Below are positions 18,040 through 27,886 of a stretch of DNA of 64,000 nucleotides, piece by piece. The notes below the pieces were generated by a model. The model was not told where the DNA came from, did no database searches, and saw nothing but the letters and a program-made list of their open reading frames with translations. Made by a program: the position numbers and the translations under genes. This stretch comes from a virus, in the IMG/VR virus record IMGVR_UViG_3300003690_003472, positions 121,565 to 185,564 of that record. One strand, written 5' to 3'. Within the stretch, counting starts at the first letter, position 1; every line of letters starts with the position of its first letter.

Positions 18040-18899
18040 TTAATAGTTTTCACTTAGCTGGTATAGTTCCAGTTGCTGGTCAAAAATTAGATTTTGATTT
18101 TCCGTGGCACGATTGTTTACAGCCAATTGGTAAGGATTATTTAGCTGTTGAGCGCGCCGTTTGGGAGTGCGCTTGTGCTGGGTGCGAAACAGTGTGGATC
18201 ATTTGTCACGATGACATGCAACCTCTTATAAGATATCGTCTAGGTGATTATGTTCAAGACCCCAAACAACACAACCTCACTAGAAAAACGTTTCCCAAGG
18301 AGCACGAGAGAACTATTCCTATTTATTATGTACCAATTCACCCACGAGATAGAGATAAGAGAGATTGTTTGGGGTGGAGTATACTTTATGGTGCACTTAC
18401 AGCTTATTGGTTAAGCAAAACACTCAGCAAGTGGGTAGTACCCAATAAATTTTATGCTGCATTTCCATATGGAATCTACGATCCAGAACTATTATTAACT
18501 TGGAGGTCCAAAATATCAAGCAAAAAACCATTTCATGTTTCTTATGAAAATAAAACTATTAAAAATAATGAATATCTGGGATTTACTTTTGATGCAGAAG
18601 ATTTCAAAGAAGCCCGCAGAATTATTAGAAAAGAAGGAACAGGAGAGTTTCCAGATTATAATGCAAGTAAAAGAATTCCAATAGAAAAAAGATGGTCGGC
18701 GCGGTTTTTTGAACTTGACAAAATATTTAAGTATGTTACAATGGGTGATATAAAACTTGAACTACCATGGTATTATAAAATAGACAATTGGGAAGGCTTG
18801 CAAGCTTATTTTAAAAGTGAGAAAAAGCTTGAGAGACCACCCCGGGATATATTGGGATATCATGAGTGGAATTTAATTGGAGTAGATAATGAAAAGTAA
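18015..18899 (+). CDS. Sugar-phosphate nucleotidyltransferase-like protein
   Basis: GIVPVAG…LQPIG…VERAVWECACAGCETVWII (NTP_transferase N-terminus). Confidence 0.7.
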   Translation: MVETGLQLINSFHLAGIVPVAGQKLDFDFPWHDCLQPIGKDYLAVERAVWECACAGCETVWIICHDDMQPLIRYRLGDYVQDPKQHNLTRKTFPKEHERTIPIYYVPIHPRDRDKRDCLGWSILYGALTAYWLSKTLSKWVVPNKFYAAFPYGIYDPELLLTWRSKISSKKPFHVSYENKTIKNNEYLGFTFDAEDFKEARRIIRKEGTGEFPDYNASKRIPIEKRWSARFFELDKIFKYVTMGDIKLELPWYYKIDNWEGLQAYFKSEKKLERPPRDILGYHEWNLIGVDNEK

Positions 18900-21800
18900 A
18901 ATACCTTTTGTTGGATTGCATGCACATAGCGGCGTCGGTTCACCGTTTGATGGGTTGGGATATCCACAGGAACACATGGACTTTGCTTATGAAAATGGCT
19001 GTGACGCATTAGCGCTGACAGATCACGGAAACATGAATGGTTTAGCATATCAAGTGTTGCATGCTAAAAAAATGCAAGAGGAAAACAAGAACTTTAAACC
19101 AATTTTTGGAGTAGAAGCTTATTTCCTTCCAAGCCTTTCCACGTGGAAAAAAGAATATGATAAAGCAAAAGAAAATAAAAAATCCAAACGTACCTTAGAC
19201 AACTCTAGGTCTGCTACAACAATTGAAGACGAAGGCTCATCTAAGAAAGCAGTTAAAAATATTTTAAATCGAAGACGACATTTAATTCTTTTAGCTCAGA
19301 ATCAAACAGGGCTCAACAATATCTTTAAAATGGTTTCTAAATCTTTTTCTAAAGCTAGCTTTTATCGTTTTCCGAGAGTAGACTATAAAATATTAAAAAA
19401 GCACAATGAAGGCGTTATCGCAGCAAGTGCATGTCTCGGCGGCATATACGCTGGAGATTATTGGGAAAACAGAGAAAAAGGAATAGAAGCTGTTGTTTGT
19501 GCAATGCAAACGACTACACAAAAAATGATGGACATTTTTGGTGATAGATGGTATGGAGAACTTCAATGGAACAACATTCCAGAACAGCACGAATTAAACA
19601 AATATATTATTCAAATGTCAGAAAAATATGGTTTTAATTTAATCTCTACTGCCGACAGCCACTACCCTTCACAAACTGCATGGAAAGATAGAGAATTATA
19701 TAGACGCTTGGGGTGGCTTGGAAAAGGTTCTGCGCCTTCATGGTTATCTTCCGAACTTCCAATTGGAATTGAAGAGATCGGATATGAACTTTATCCAAAG
19801 AATGGCGATCAAATGTGGGAGTCATATAAGACCTATTCAGAAGAATGTAAAGTTGAATATGATGATGATCTGGTTTTGGCCTCAATGGAAGAGACATATT
19901 ATATCGCTCACAGCCGCATAGAGGCGTTTTTACCGGACAATACAGTGCGCCTCCCAGACTTTGTAGTCCCACCCGGGTTTACGGCCTCACAAACGCTCTC
20001 ACAGCTTTGTTTTGAGGGCTTGCGAACATTAAAACTTCATACAAATGAAGAATATACTGATAGACTTAAGAAAGAACTAGTTGTTATTGATGATAGAGGG
20101 TTTAGTAAATACTTCCTTACAATGAACGCAATTGTAGATAAAGCGAATTCAGTACAATTAACTGGTCCTGGTCGAGGTTCTGCGGCGGGCTCATTGGTGG
20201 CATACGTGCTTGGAATTACACAAATTAATCCTATCAAATATAACCTTCTATTTTCTCGCTTTTTGCGTAAAGATGCAAAAGATTATCCCGATATTGATTA
20301 TGATGTATCAGACCCAATGGAACTTAAAGAAATGTTAATTGAAGAATGGGGCGGCGATAAAGTTGTTCCTATTTCAAACTTTAACACATTACAGCTTCGT
20401 TCACTAGTAAAGGATATTTCAAAATTTTATGAAATTCCATTTACAGAAGTTAACACTGTAACTTCTAGAATGTTAAAAGAGGCAACACCGCTAGCTAAGA
20501 AAAAACACGGTATTAAGTCGGGAGTTTACAGTCCAACATTTGAAGAAGTAATGGAGTTTTCAGAATCTCTCAAGAATTTTCTTGATAAATATCCGCATGT
20601 TGCAAACCACATTAATGTTTTGTATGGGCAAATGCGCTCCGTTTCTCGCCATGCTGGTGGAGTTGTCATTGGTAAGGAACTGAATAAGTATATGCCATTG
20701 ATTAATAGCGGAGGTGTTACACAAACTCCATGGTCTGAAGGCCAAAACGTTAGGCACTTAGAATTGATGGGTTTCATTAAATTTGATATTCTTGGGCTGT
20801 CGACATTAAAGATGATTGAGGGTGCGATTGGACACATTCTTAAGCGACATCATAATATTCCGAATCCTACTTTTAAGGATGTTAAAAATTATTATGATGA
20901 AAACCTTCACCCAGAAAAGATTGATTTAAATGACCAAAAAGTTTATGAGAATATTTTTCATAAAGGTAAGTGGGCAGGAATATTTCAGTTTACAGAAGAA
21001 GGCTCTCAAAAATTTTGTAGAAAAGCAAAGCCTCGAAACATAATTGATGTTGCAGCAATTACTTCTATTTATAGACCTGGGCCTTTAGGAGCAGATGTTG
21101 ATAAGCTTTATGTAAGGTCCAAGAAAAACCCTGAAGACATAGTTTATGAACATGAGCTAGTAAAAGAACTTACAAAAGAAACTTATGGTTTTCTCATTTT
21201 TCAAGAACAGATTGCATTGCTCGCTCATAAGCTAGGTAAAGATATTAGTTTGGACGAGGGCAATAAACTTCGCAAGCTTTTAACTAAAAAGGGAACTGGA
21301 GAAGTAGCAAAAGAAAAGTTAAAAATTAAAGAAAAGTTTATTACTGGGTGCATTGAAAAAGATTTGACAAAAGATTGGGCAAATAAAATGTGGAAAAAGT
21401 TTGAATACTTTTCAGGATATGGTTTTAATAAATCGCATGCTGTTTCTTATTCTATTATTTCATATCAATGTGCGTGGTTGTTCAACTATTATCCTGCCGA
21501 ATGGATGGCAGCATTTCTGGACAAAGAACCGGAAACTAGAAAAGAAAAAGCAATTAACTTAGCAAAAAAGTTTAAGTTTAAAATTAAACCTGTTAATGTT
21601 AATAATTCTGGTGTTGTGTGGGAAATCGCACAAGACAATAAGACTTTAATCCAACCCCTGACTTCATTAAAGGGTTTGGGAGAGAAAGCAATCGAACAAA
21701 TTATTAACAATAGACCTTTTGATATTATTGAAGATTTTCTCTTTAATGATAATATTATATATAGCAAATTAAACAAAAAGGCTTTGGATGTTTTAGTAAG

Positions 21801-22314
21801 AAGTGGCGCCCTGAATGACCTAGTAGACGATAGATTCACGGGCCTTAAACATTTTTGGTCTGCTACTGTTGTAGATAGGCCAAAAAGCTTAAAGAAACTT
21901 GAAGAGAATATTGAATTATATTTACCCGAAGAAGAGTTTAATGATGAAGAAAAAATTAATAATCTTGTTTCTCTCACTGGTATCTTTCCAATGGATTTAG
22001 TTTTGGATAGCTCTGTTATGAATAGACTTGATTTTTATAAGGTTCCTCCAATTGGAGAGTGGGACGATGATTTGGGAGTAGCATGGTTTATTCCAAGAGA
22101 AATTATTTCAAAGAAAACTAAGAATGGTAAAACGTATTGGATTCTCAAAGTAATTGATAATACCTCAACCGTAACTTCAATTAAATGCTGGGGCGTTAAT
22201 CCAGAGCGAGATGAAATATATGTAAATCGCCCTTACATGAGTAAATTAGACTATGATGAACAGTGGGGATTTAGTACTCGATCTATAAAGTATAACTTTA
22301 GAATGTTAGCATAA
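18889..22314 (+). CDS. dnaE: DNA polymerase III alpha subunit (family C)
   Basis: PHP motifs HAHS, TDHG, GVEAY, DSHY; GPGRGSAAGSL; catalytic PDIDYD; HAGGV, GFNKSHA; no intein seen. Confidence 0.97.
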   Translation: MKSKIPFVGLHAHSGVGSPFDGLGYPQEHMDFAYENGCDALALTDHGNMNGLAYQVLHAKKMQEENKNFKPIFGVEAYFLPSLSTWKKEYDKAKENKKSKRTLDNSRSATTIEDEGSSKKAVKNILNRRRHLILLAQNQTGLNNIFKMVSKSFSKASFYRFPRVDYKILKKHNEGVIAASACLGGIYAGDYWENREKGIEAVVCAMQTTTQKMMDIFGDRWYGELQWNNIPEQHELNKYIIQMSEKYGFNLISTADSHYPSQTAWKDRELYRRLGWLGKGSAPSWLSSELPIGIEEIGYELYPKNGDQMWESYKTYSEECKVEYDDDLVLASMEETYYIAHSRIEAFLPDNTVRLPDFVVPPGFTASQTLSQLCFEGLRTLKLHTNEEYTDRLKKELVVIDDRGFSKYFLTMNAIVDKANSVQLTGPGRGSAAGSLVAYVLGITQINPIKYNLLFSRFLRKDAKDYPDIDYDVSDPMELKEMLIEEWGGDKVVPISNFNTLQLRSLVKDISKFYEIPFTEVNTVTSRMLKEATPLAKKKHGIKSGVYSPTFEEVMEFSESLKNFLDKYPHVANHINVLYGQMRSVSRHAGGVVIGKELNKYMPLINSGGVTQTPWSEGQNVRHLELMGFIKFDILGLSTLKMIEGAIGHILKRHHNIPNPTFKDVKNYYDENLHPEKIDLNDQKVYENIFHKGKWAGIFQFTEEGSQKFCRKAKPRNIIDVAAITSIYRPGPLGADVDKLYVRSKKNPEDIVYEHELVKELTKETYGFLIFQEQIALLAHKLGKDISLDEGNKLRKLLTKKGTGEVAKEKLKIKEKFITGCIEKDLTKDWANKMWKKFEYFSGYGFNKSHAVSYSIISYQCAWLFNYYPAEWMAAFLDKEPETRKEKAINLAKKFKFKIKPVNVNNSGVVWEIAQDNKTLIQPLTSLKGLGEKAIEQIINNRPFDIIEDFLFNDNIIYSKLNKKALDVLVRSGALNDLVDDRFTGLKHFWSATVVDRPKSLKKLEENIELYLPEEEFNDEEKINNLVSLTGIFPMDLVLDSSVMNRLDFYKVPPIGEWDDDLGVAWFIPREIISKKTKNGKTYWILKVIDNTSTVTSIKCWGVNPERDEIYVNRPYMSKLDYDEQWGFSTRSIKYNFRMLA

Positions 22315-22317
22315 AAG

Positions 22318-22782
22318 ATGAATTTAAAAGTATTTAAAATACGTCCAGATGCAAAGTTGCCAGTACGAGCACACAAAACTGATGCTGGAATTGATCTGTT
22401 TTATTGTCCAAATGAAGAAAGGAAACTTTATGACACGAAAAGCTTTTTCATTCCCCCTAGAGAATCTAGAATACTTCCCACTGGGATAAAAATAGAAGTA
22501 CCACACGGGCATATGTTAGAGATTAAAAATAAATCAGGAATTGCTTTAAAAAAACAACTTTTAGTGGGAGCATGCGTGGTTGATTCTGGATATAATGGAG
22601 AAATATATATAAATCTTCACAATGTTGGAAGCGAAACACAAGTATTTATACCGGGCGATAAAATTGCGCAAGCAGTTTTAATCCCTGTTGTTTCTTGTGG
22701 AATAGAAGAAACATATGAAGATAACTTAAACAAAGGAACAATCCGCGGTGATGGCGGTTTTGGTTCTACAGGAGATAAATAA
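22318..22782 (+). CDS. dut: dUTPase
   Basis: AGIDL, PTG, KSG, VVDSGYNGE, RGDGGFGSTG. Confidence 0.96.
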   Translation: MNLKVFKIRPDAKLPVRAHKTDAGIDLFYCPNEERKLYDTKSFFIPPRESRILPTGIKIEVPHGHMLEIKNKSGIALKKQLLVGACVVDSGYNGEIYINLHNVGSETQVFIPGDKIAQAVLIPVVSCGIEETYEDNLNKGTIRGDGGFGSTGDK

Positions 22783-23642
22783 TGAGTTTATTATATAAAA
22801 ATGGAGATAAAGGCCAAGAAGTAAAAAGGGTTCAAAGAGCTATTGGCGGCATTGCTATTGATGGTGATTTTGGACCAAAAACAGAAAAAGCTGTACGAGA
22901 TTATCAGCAAACTAATTCGTTAGGAGTTGATGGTGTAGTTGGACCAGCCACTAGAAAGTCTTTAGAAATTAATATTTATGCTGGTATAGATGTCAGTGGT
23001 TGGAACGGCAATGTTCCATGGGGAAATGTTGATAAAAAACAAGTAGAATTTGTTTGGGCAAAAATGTCGCAAGGTCGAGATTGGTACGATAAAACCAGAT
23101 TTCACAACTTAGAAGGTTGCCGATCTAATGATATTCCCATTGGTGGCTACCACTTTCCTTCACCTCATTTGGGAGCTAGAAGCACAGATCCTCAGAAAGA
23201 AGTACAATGTTTTATTAAGGCTTTGGGAAAAATTGAAGAAGGAGATATGATTCCTGTGCTTGATCTAGAGGCGGGAAAGAAAAAGGATCCTGAATTTAAT
23301 CGTCAATGGGCTTTAGAGTGGCTACGAGAGTTTGAAAACGAAACTGGAATTCGATGTGCCATTTATACTGCGCGCTGGTTTGTGCGCGGATATTTAGGTC
23401 GCAATGTAAAGGGACTAACTGACTATCCTTTGTGGGTAGCAGACTATACAAAACCTTATAATAAAGGTGGACGCAACGAACCAGATGATTTGTGCGGCTG
23501 GGATGAGTGGGCAGTTTGGCAGTGGACTAGTAAAGGTCAAATTAAAGGTTTAGATCAAACTGGAATCCGCAAATGTGATCGCAATTGGCTTGTTGGTGGC
23601 GCTGAAAGTTTCAAAAAAATGCAAGTCTGTAAAAATCATTAA
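22782..23642 (+). CDS. Endolysin: PG-binding domain + GH25 muramidase
   Basis: DGDFGPKT…DGVVGPAT; GIDVS, GGYHF, PVLDLE, WQWTS. Confidence 0.92.
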   Translation: MSLLYKNGDKGQEVKRVQRAIGGIAIDGDFGPKTEKAVRDYQQTNSLGVDGVVGPATRKSLEINIYAGIDVSGWNGNVPWGNVDKKQVEFVWAKMSQGRDWYDKTRFHNLEGCRSNDIPIGGYHFPSPHLGARSTDPQKEVQCFIKALGKIEEGDMIPVLDLEAGKKKDPEFNRQWALEWLREFENETGIRCAIYTARWFVRGYLGRNVKGLTDYPLWVADYTKPYNKGGRNEPDDLCGWDEWAVWQWTSKGQIKGLDQTGIRKCDRNWLVGGAESFKKMQVCKNH

Positions 23643-23651
23643 AGAGGATTT

Positions 23652-23942
23652 ATGAGTAGTTTAGAAAGAAAACTTAAAAGAAAAAATAAAAAATCTGTTA
23701 AAAAAGAATTAGCTAAAAAAGTTAAATTAATGGGTTCCCTCTCAGATAAGTGCTTGACATGTGAAAAGTCATTTGATAAAATGAACAAAGAACAGGTTAA
23801 AACTTGGAATGTAGTTGTACGCCAAGAAGAAGGCATCGTTCGTCTTTACTGCCCCCTTTGTTGGGATAAAGCAATAAATGTTTTACAAGACTTTAGAAAG
23901 CACATAGAAGAAAGGGGAACAAGAAAAGAAACAGATGACTGA
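23652..23942 (+). CDS. Zn-binding hypothetical protein
   Basis: CLTC…CPLC. Confidence 0.65.
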   Translation: MSSLERKLKRKNKKSVKKELAKKVKLMGSLSDKCLTCEKSFDKMNKEQVKTWNVVVRQEEGIVRLYCPLCWDKAINVLQDFRKHIEERGTRKETDD

Positions 23943-24180
23943 TGAAATTAATCGTCCAAAACATTACAATATAAATTGGGCGGGCGAACAAGCTATAGAA
24001 ACGTTTGAATATATTAAGTCTTGGAAGATGGGCTATGCAGAGGGAAATGTAATTAAGTATGTTTCTAGACATAAATATAAAGGGAAAGCCCTTCAAGATC
24101 TTAAAAAGGCCAGTTGGTACATAAATAAAATGATTGAAGAATTGGAGAAAGATGAAACTAAAAGAAACACTAACATATGA
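23935..24180 (+). CDS. DUF3310 / T7 gp1.7-like nucleotide kinase
   Basis: INRPKHY…GNVIKYVSR…K…DLKKASWY. Confidence 0.85.
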   Translation: MTDEINRPKHYNINWAGEQAIETFEYIKSWKMGYAEGNVIKYVSRHKYKGKALQDLKKASWYINKMIEELEKDETKRNTNI

Positions 24181-25174
24181 CGACGTACTGCTCGTCCCAC
24201 AGTATTCAGATATTGAAAGCAGAAAAGAAATTAATTTGTCAGTAAAGCTTAGTAATGATATTGTTTTAAATTATCCAATAATCTCAAGCCCAATGGATAC
24301 CGTTACAGGATTAGCTATGGCCGTAGCAATGTGTCAAACGGGCGGATTAGGGATTATACACAGATATAATTCAATTGAAGAACAATTTCGTTTGGTTCTT
24401 GACGCAGATGACCGTGGAGCGCATAATATTGGCGCTGCAGTTGGAGTTGTAGGAGATTTCGAAGAACGTGCTTGTGCTTTGCATGATGCTGGTGCTAATG
24501 TTATTTGCATTGATGTTGCACACGGTCATCACACATTAGTAAAACACGCCATTGAAAAGTTAAAAAACATTTTTGATAACGAGGTACATGTTATGGCAGG
24601 AAACATAGCAACAAAAGAAGGTTATATTGCTCTTTCTCAATGGGGGGCCGATTCCATACGTTGTAATGTCGGCGGCGGTTCAATATGTTCCACCAGAATT
24701 CAAACGGGCCATGGTGTACCTGGCTTACATACCATATTTGAATGTGCTTCTGTAAAAAATGGACGTGCAAAAATAATTGCTGATGGAGGGATCAGAAGTT
24801 CCGGCGATGCAGTAAAAGCGTTAGCTGCTGGTGCTGATTTTGTTATGTTGGGTTCGTTGTTGGCCGGTACAAACGAAGCTCCAGGAGAAAAGATAATTAC
24901 TCTTGGAGGAATCAAAAAACAATATAGAGGAATGGCCAGCAAAGACGCACAGATTGACTGGAAAGGAGATTACTCTTCAAACGAAGGTGTCTCTACGACA
25001 ATTCCATATAAGGGTGCACTTGAGCACGTAATGGATGATTTACTTCGCGGCCTAAGATCGGGACTTTCTTATTCTGGAGTTAGAAACATTAAAGAACTTC
25101 AAGAAAATGCAATTTTTATAAAACAAACTGCTGCGGCCAATATAGAAAGTGGCACACATATATTAAAGAAATAA
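24152..25174 (+). CDS. guaB: IMP dehydrogenase/GMP reductase family protein without CBS domains
   Basis: TYDDVLLVP, SSPMDTVT, GGGSICSTR (catalytic Cys), IADGG, YRGMAS, EGV. Confidence 0.88.
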   Translation: MKLKETLTYDDVLLVPQYSDIESRKEINLSVKLSNDIVLNYPIISSPMDTVTGLAMAVAMCQTGGLGIIHRYNSIEEQFRLVLDADDRGAHNIGAAVGVVGDFEERACALHDAGANVICIDVAHGHHTLVKHAIEKLKNIFDNEVHVMAGNIATKEGYIALSQWGADSIRCNVGGGSICSTRIQTGHGVPGLHTIFECASVKNGRAKIIADGGIRSSGDAVKALAAGADFVMLGSLLAGTNEAPGEKIITLGGIKKQYRGMASKDAQIDWKGDYSSNEGVSTTIPYKGALEHVMDDLLRGLRSGLSYSGVRNIKELQENAIFIKQTAAANIESGTHILKK

Positions 25175-25177
25175 ATT

Positions 25178-25504
25178 ATGTCTGATTATGGAATAAATAA
25201 AAAACAAATATGCTTTGATAGTACAGCCAAACTGCATGCAGAATTAAAAATACGTTTACATTACGATGAAATTAAAATTAGAGATTTTTTCAATGAAACC
25301 ATAAAAGCCTATCTTGAAAAGGATGAAAATATAATTAATTTTATTGAAAAAATAAAAGAAAAAAAGAATATATCTAAAACTCGTCGTAATAAAATTAAAA
25401 AAGCAAATAAAAAACAAAAAAATACGATCAAAAAATTCAGCTTAGATAAAGGCGACATTGAAGATATTTTTGATATTTTACAAAAGGAGCATCCAGATTT
25501 ATGA
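25178..25504 (+). CDS. Small basic protein, possibly DNA-binding
   Basis: ORF, Lys-rich. Confidence 0.6.
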   Translation: MSDYGINKKQICFDSTAKLHAELKIRLHYDEIKIRDFFNETIKAYLEKDENIINFIEKIKEKKNISKTRRNKIKKANKKQKNTIKKFSLDKGDIEDIFDILQKEHPDL

Positions 25505-25740
25505 AAAAATGTTTAAAAAAGTGTATATTAAAAGATGAAAATTGTAACGAGAAAGAGTGTAGATCTTGGATTGATTATGGAGAAGACTTTAATTGTGCTT
25601 TGTGTTCTGTACACAAACATGGAAACCTAACCTTAAACCAAGTTGCAAATCGGCTTGGCTTAAGTATTGTGCGTATTAAGCAAATACAAGACAAAGCCAT
25701 AGAAAAATTACAAAAAAAGAGACGTTTAAAGGCTTTATAA
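25501..25740 (+). CDS. Stand-alone sigma70 region-4-like HTH with Cys-rich N-terminus
   Basis: LTLNQVANRLGLSIVRIKQIQDKAIEKL matches the T-L-x-E-I-A…R-V-R-Q-I…A-L-x-K-L pattern. Confidence 0.75.
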   Translation: MKKCLKKCILKDENCNEKECRSWIDYGEDFNCALCSVHKHGNLTLNQVANRLGLSIVRIKQIQDKAIEKLQKKRRLKAL

Positions 25741-25802
25741 CTATTTACTATAAGAAGCGCCAGGAGTGCTGGCCATAGCTTATTAAATCAAGGAGAAAGA
25801 TA

Positions 25803-26480
25803 ATGAGTAAAAAAAACTTATTGAATGAAGGTACCATCCGTCGTTTCATGAAGTTGGCCGGTACAGATGTATTAGTTAGTGATTTTTTGGCCGAAGAAAA
25901 TAAAGGCCATGGACCTGGCAAAGAGGTTAAACCTGGAGCAAATGTTGTTCCCTCTTCAGGCCAACTAAAAGAAACAGAAGAATTAGAAGAAGGCGAAGAA
26001 GTTGTAACAGAACAAGAAGAAGAACTTGCAGCTGGCCCTGAAGAATTGGGCGCCGAAGAAGATCTAGGTCTTGATTTAGAAGTACCCGAGGATGAAGAAG
26101 CAGAGCCCGAGGAAGAGACTTCTGTTGAAGAGTTTGCACGTGACGTACTCGACGCTATTAAGGATGTTGCCGGGGAACACGGTGTTGATATGGAAGTAGA
26201 AGAGATGCCGCCAGAAGAATTAGATGTTGGCGAACTGGAGCCCGAAGAAGAAGGTGAAGGCTTGGAACTTGGCGGAGAGGAAACCGGAGAAATTGGCGGC
26301 GAAGAAGCACCTGAAGAACTTGAAGAACTTGAAGAAGTTAATTATATTGATGATGCCGCACTCATGCAAGAAGTTTATAATCGAGTAACAAAACGAATTC
26401 TTCGCAAAAAAAAGACAGATGATATGGCAGCTACTTTGGCAGAGAAAATTAGCCAACGTCTCAGTAAAACAAAACAATAA
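25803..26480 (+). CDS. Very acidic protein, possible prohead core/scaffold
   Basis: LLNEGTIRRFMKLAG N-terminus, Glu-rich; ACTATTTA motif upstream. Confidence 0.55.
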   Translation: MSKKNLLNEGTIRRFMKLAGTDVLVSDFLAEENKGHGPGKEVKPGANVVPSSGQLKETEELEEGEEVVTEQEEELAAGPEELGAEEDLGLDLEVPEDEEAEPEEETSVEEFARDVLDAIKDVAGEHGVDMEVEEMPPEELDVGELEPEEEGEGLELGGEETGEIGGEEAPEELEELEEVNYIDDAALMQEVYNRVTKRILRKKKTDDMAATLAEKISQRLSKTKQ

Positions 26481-26495
26481 CCTCAAGAGGCTTAA

Positions 26496-26882
26496 ATGTA
26501 TGAATTCGCATGGTTTGTCGGCGGCGCGCTAGCCTATAGGCTCCTTTCTAAAATATTTGGTATTAGTCAAGTTGCAATTGTTTTTCAAAATTTACAATAT
26601 AATATTTTAACACTTCTAGCTACAGTAACAGAAGATGTTTCTTATATTAAAGCTTTAAAATACAAAACAATGGCAGAATCCCAAATAGATCCAAACATAA
26701 TCAAACAAAGTAAACTAACTGATGAGCAATTTTTCGAAGAATGGCAGAAAAATTGTCTTAGCAATATTTGTTCTTCTATGCCTATTTATGTTAAGCTTTC
26801 TTTCGATAGTTGGAAAGAAGGAATGGATCTTTTAAGTAAACACTACAGGGATCGCCTGCATGAACAAGAAAAAGAAAAATAA
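26496..26882 (+). CDS. Hypothetical protein, N-terminal hydrophobic segment
   Basis: ORF with GAGG RBS. Confidence 0.65.
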   Translation: MYEFAWFVGGALAYRLLSKIFGISQVAIVFQNLQYNILTLLATVTEDVSYIKALKYKTMAESQIDPNIIKQSKLTDEQFFEEWQKNCLSNICSSMPIYVKLSFDSWKEGMDLLSKHYRDRLHEQEKEK

Positions 26883-27177
26883 TTTATTAAACTGGCTCTT
26901 TCATGAGGGTGCAATACAAAAAAAAGAAAATGTTTATATTGCTGATCGCGCATTTTTAGCTAATGCATTTATAAACTGGATTAGAGATGAAGTAAAAAAT
27001 AAAAACTTAAATCCTGAAGATATAGAAAAAAAAATGAATATATTAAGGCTTTTTTTAAAAAAAGAAATTGATTTGAAATGGAACGATAATGCAACCCAGA
27101 TTATTGAGACACCTTCTTCTAAAAAAAGAAAAAATAGAGAAATAGAAAACTATAAAACAAACAAGGACGTTGTATGA
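26860..27177 (+). CDS. Hypothetical protein
   Basis: ORF overlapping neighbours. Confidence 0.6.
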   Translation: MNKKKKNNLLNWLFHEGAIQKKENVYIADRAFLANAFINWIRDEVKNKNLNPEDIEKKMNILRLFLKKEIDLKWNDNATQIIETPSSKKRKNREIENYKTNKDVV

Positions 27178-27830
27178 AGTTTATAAAAAAAAACAAATCA
27201 AGCAACAAGGAAAAAGAAGAAGAAGTTACATCATTAATATTTGTTGACAGTACTAAAGAAGAATGTAAAGTTCGTTTAATAAACCTTTTTGGTACCATTG
27301 ATGATGAAAAAGCCGAAGAATTAATCCAATCATTATTTATTTTACATAAATGTGGTAAAGAAAATATCTTAGAAGATCCCGAAGATTACAATTCTGCAAT
27401 TAAAGAAACTATTTATAAACCAATTGATTTTTATATATCTACTTGGGGTGGATGTGCGCGCGGCATGTTCGCTATTTATGATGCGATGAGGGCAGTAAGA
27501 CAAGATTGTGAGATAATCACATATGGTTTGGGAAAAGTAATGTCTGCTGGTATTTTACTTCTTGCAGCCGGTACAAAAGGAAAAAGAAAGATTGGCAAAA
27601 ATTGCCGCATTATGCTTCACAGTGTACGAGCAGAGCAATGGGGAGCCATCCACAACCTTGAAAACGAAATGGAAGAAACACAATGGCTACAAAAACAGCA
27701 TATTAATGCTCTTATACAAGAGTCGGATATGACGCAAAGACATTTAAAAAAATTACTCGATAGAAAAGTAAATGTTTACTTGAACGCACAACAAGCGGTT
27801 GAATATGGAATCGCAGATATAATAGTTTAA
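27174..27830 (+). CDS. clpP: ClpP-family protease subunit
   Basis: INLFGTID, TWGG, KVMSAGILLLAAG (Ser), IMLH (His), AVEYGIAD. Confidence 0.88.
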   Translation: MKFIKKNKSSNKEKEEEVTSLIFVDSTKEECKVRLINLFGTIDDEKAEELIQSLFILHKCGKENILEDPEDYNSAIKETIYKPIDFYISTWGGCARGMFAIYDAMRAVRQDCEIITYGLGKVMSAGILLLAAGTKGKRKIGKNCRIMLHSVRAEQWGAIHNLENEMEETQWLQKQHINALIQESDMTQRHLKKLLDRKVNVYLNAQQAVEYGIADIIV

Positions 27831-27886
27831 AAGCCAAAATGTGGATTAGGATAGGTATTGTAAGAGTTTAAGGACTAATTATAAAT

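Noticed and set aside
13673-22314. Inteins, introns or homing endonucleases in RNR, helicase or DnaE
   Set aside because: Proteins are normal length with contiguous motifs; no LAGLIDADG, HNH or Hint signatures seen
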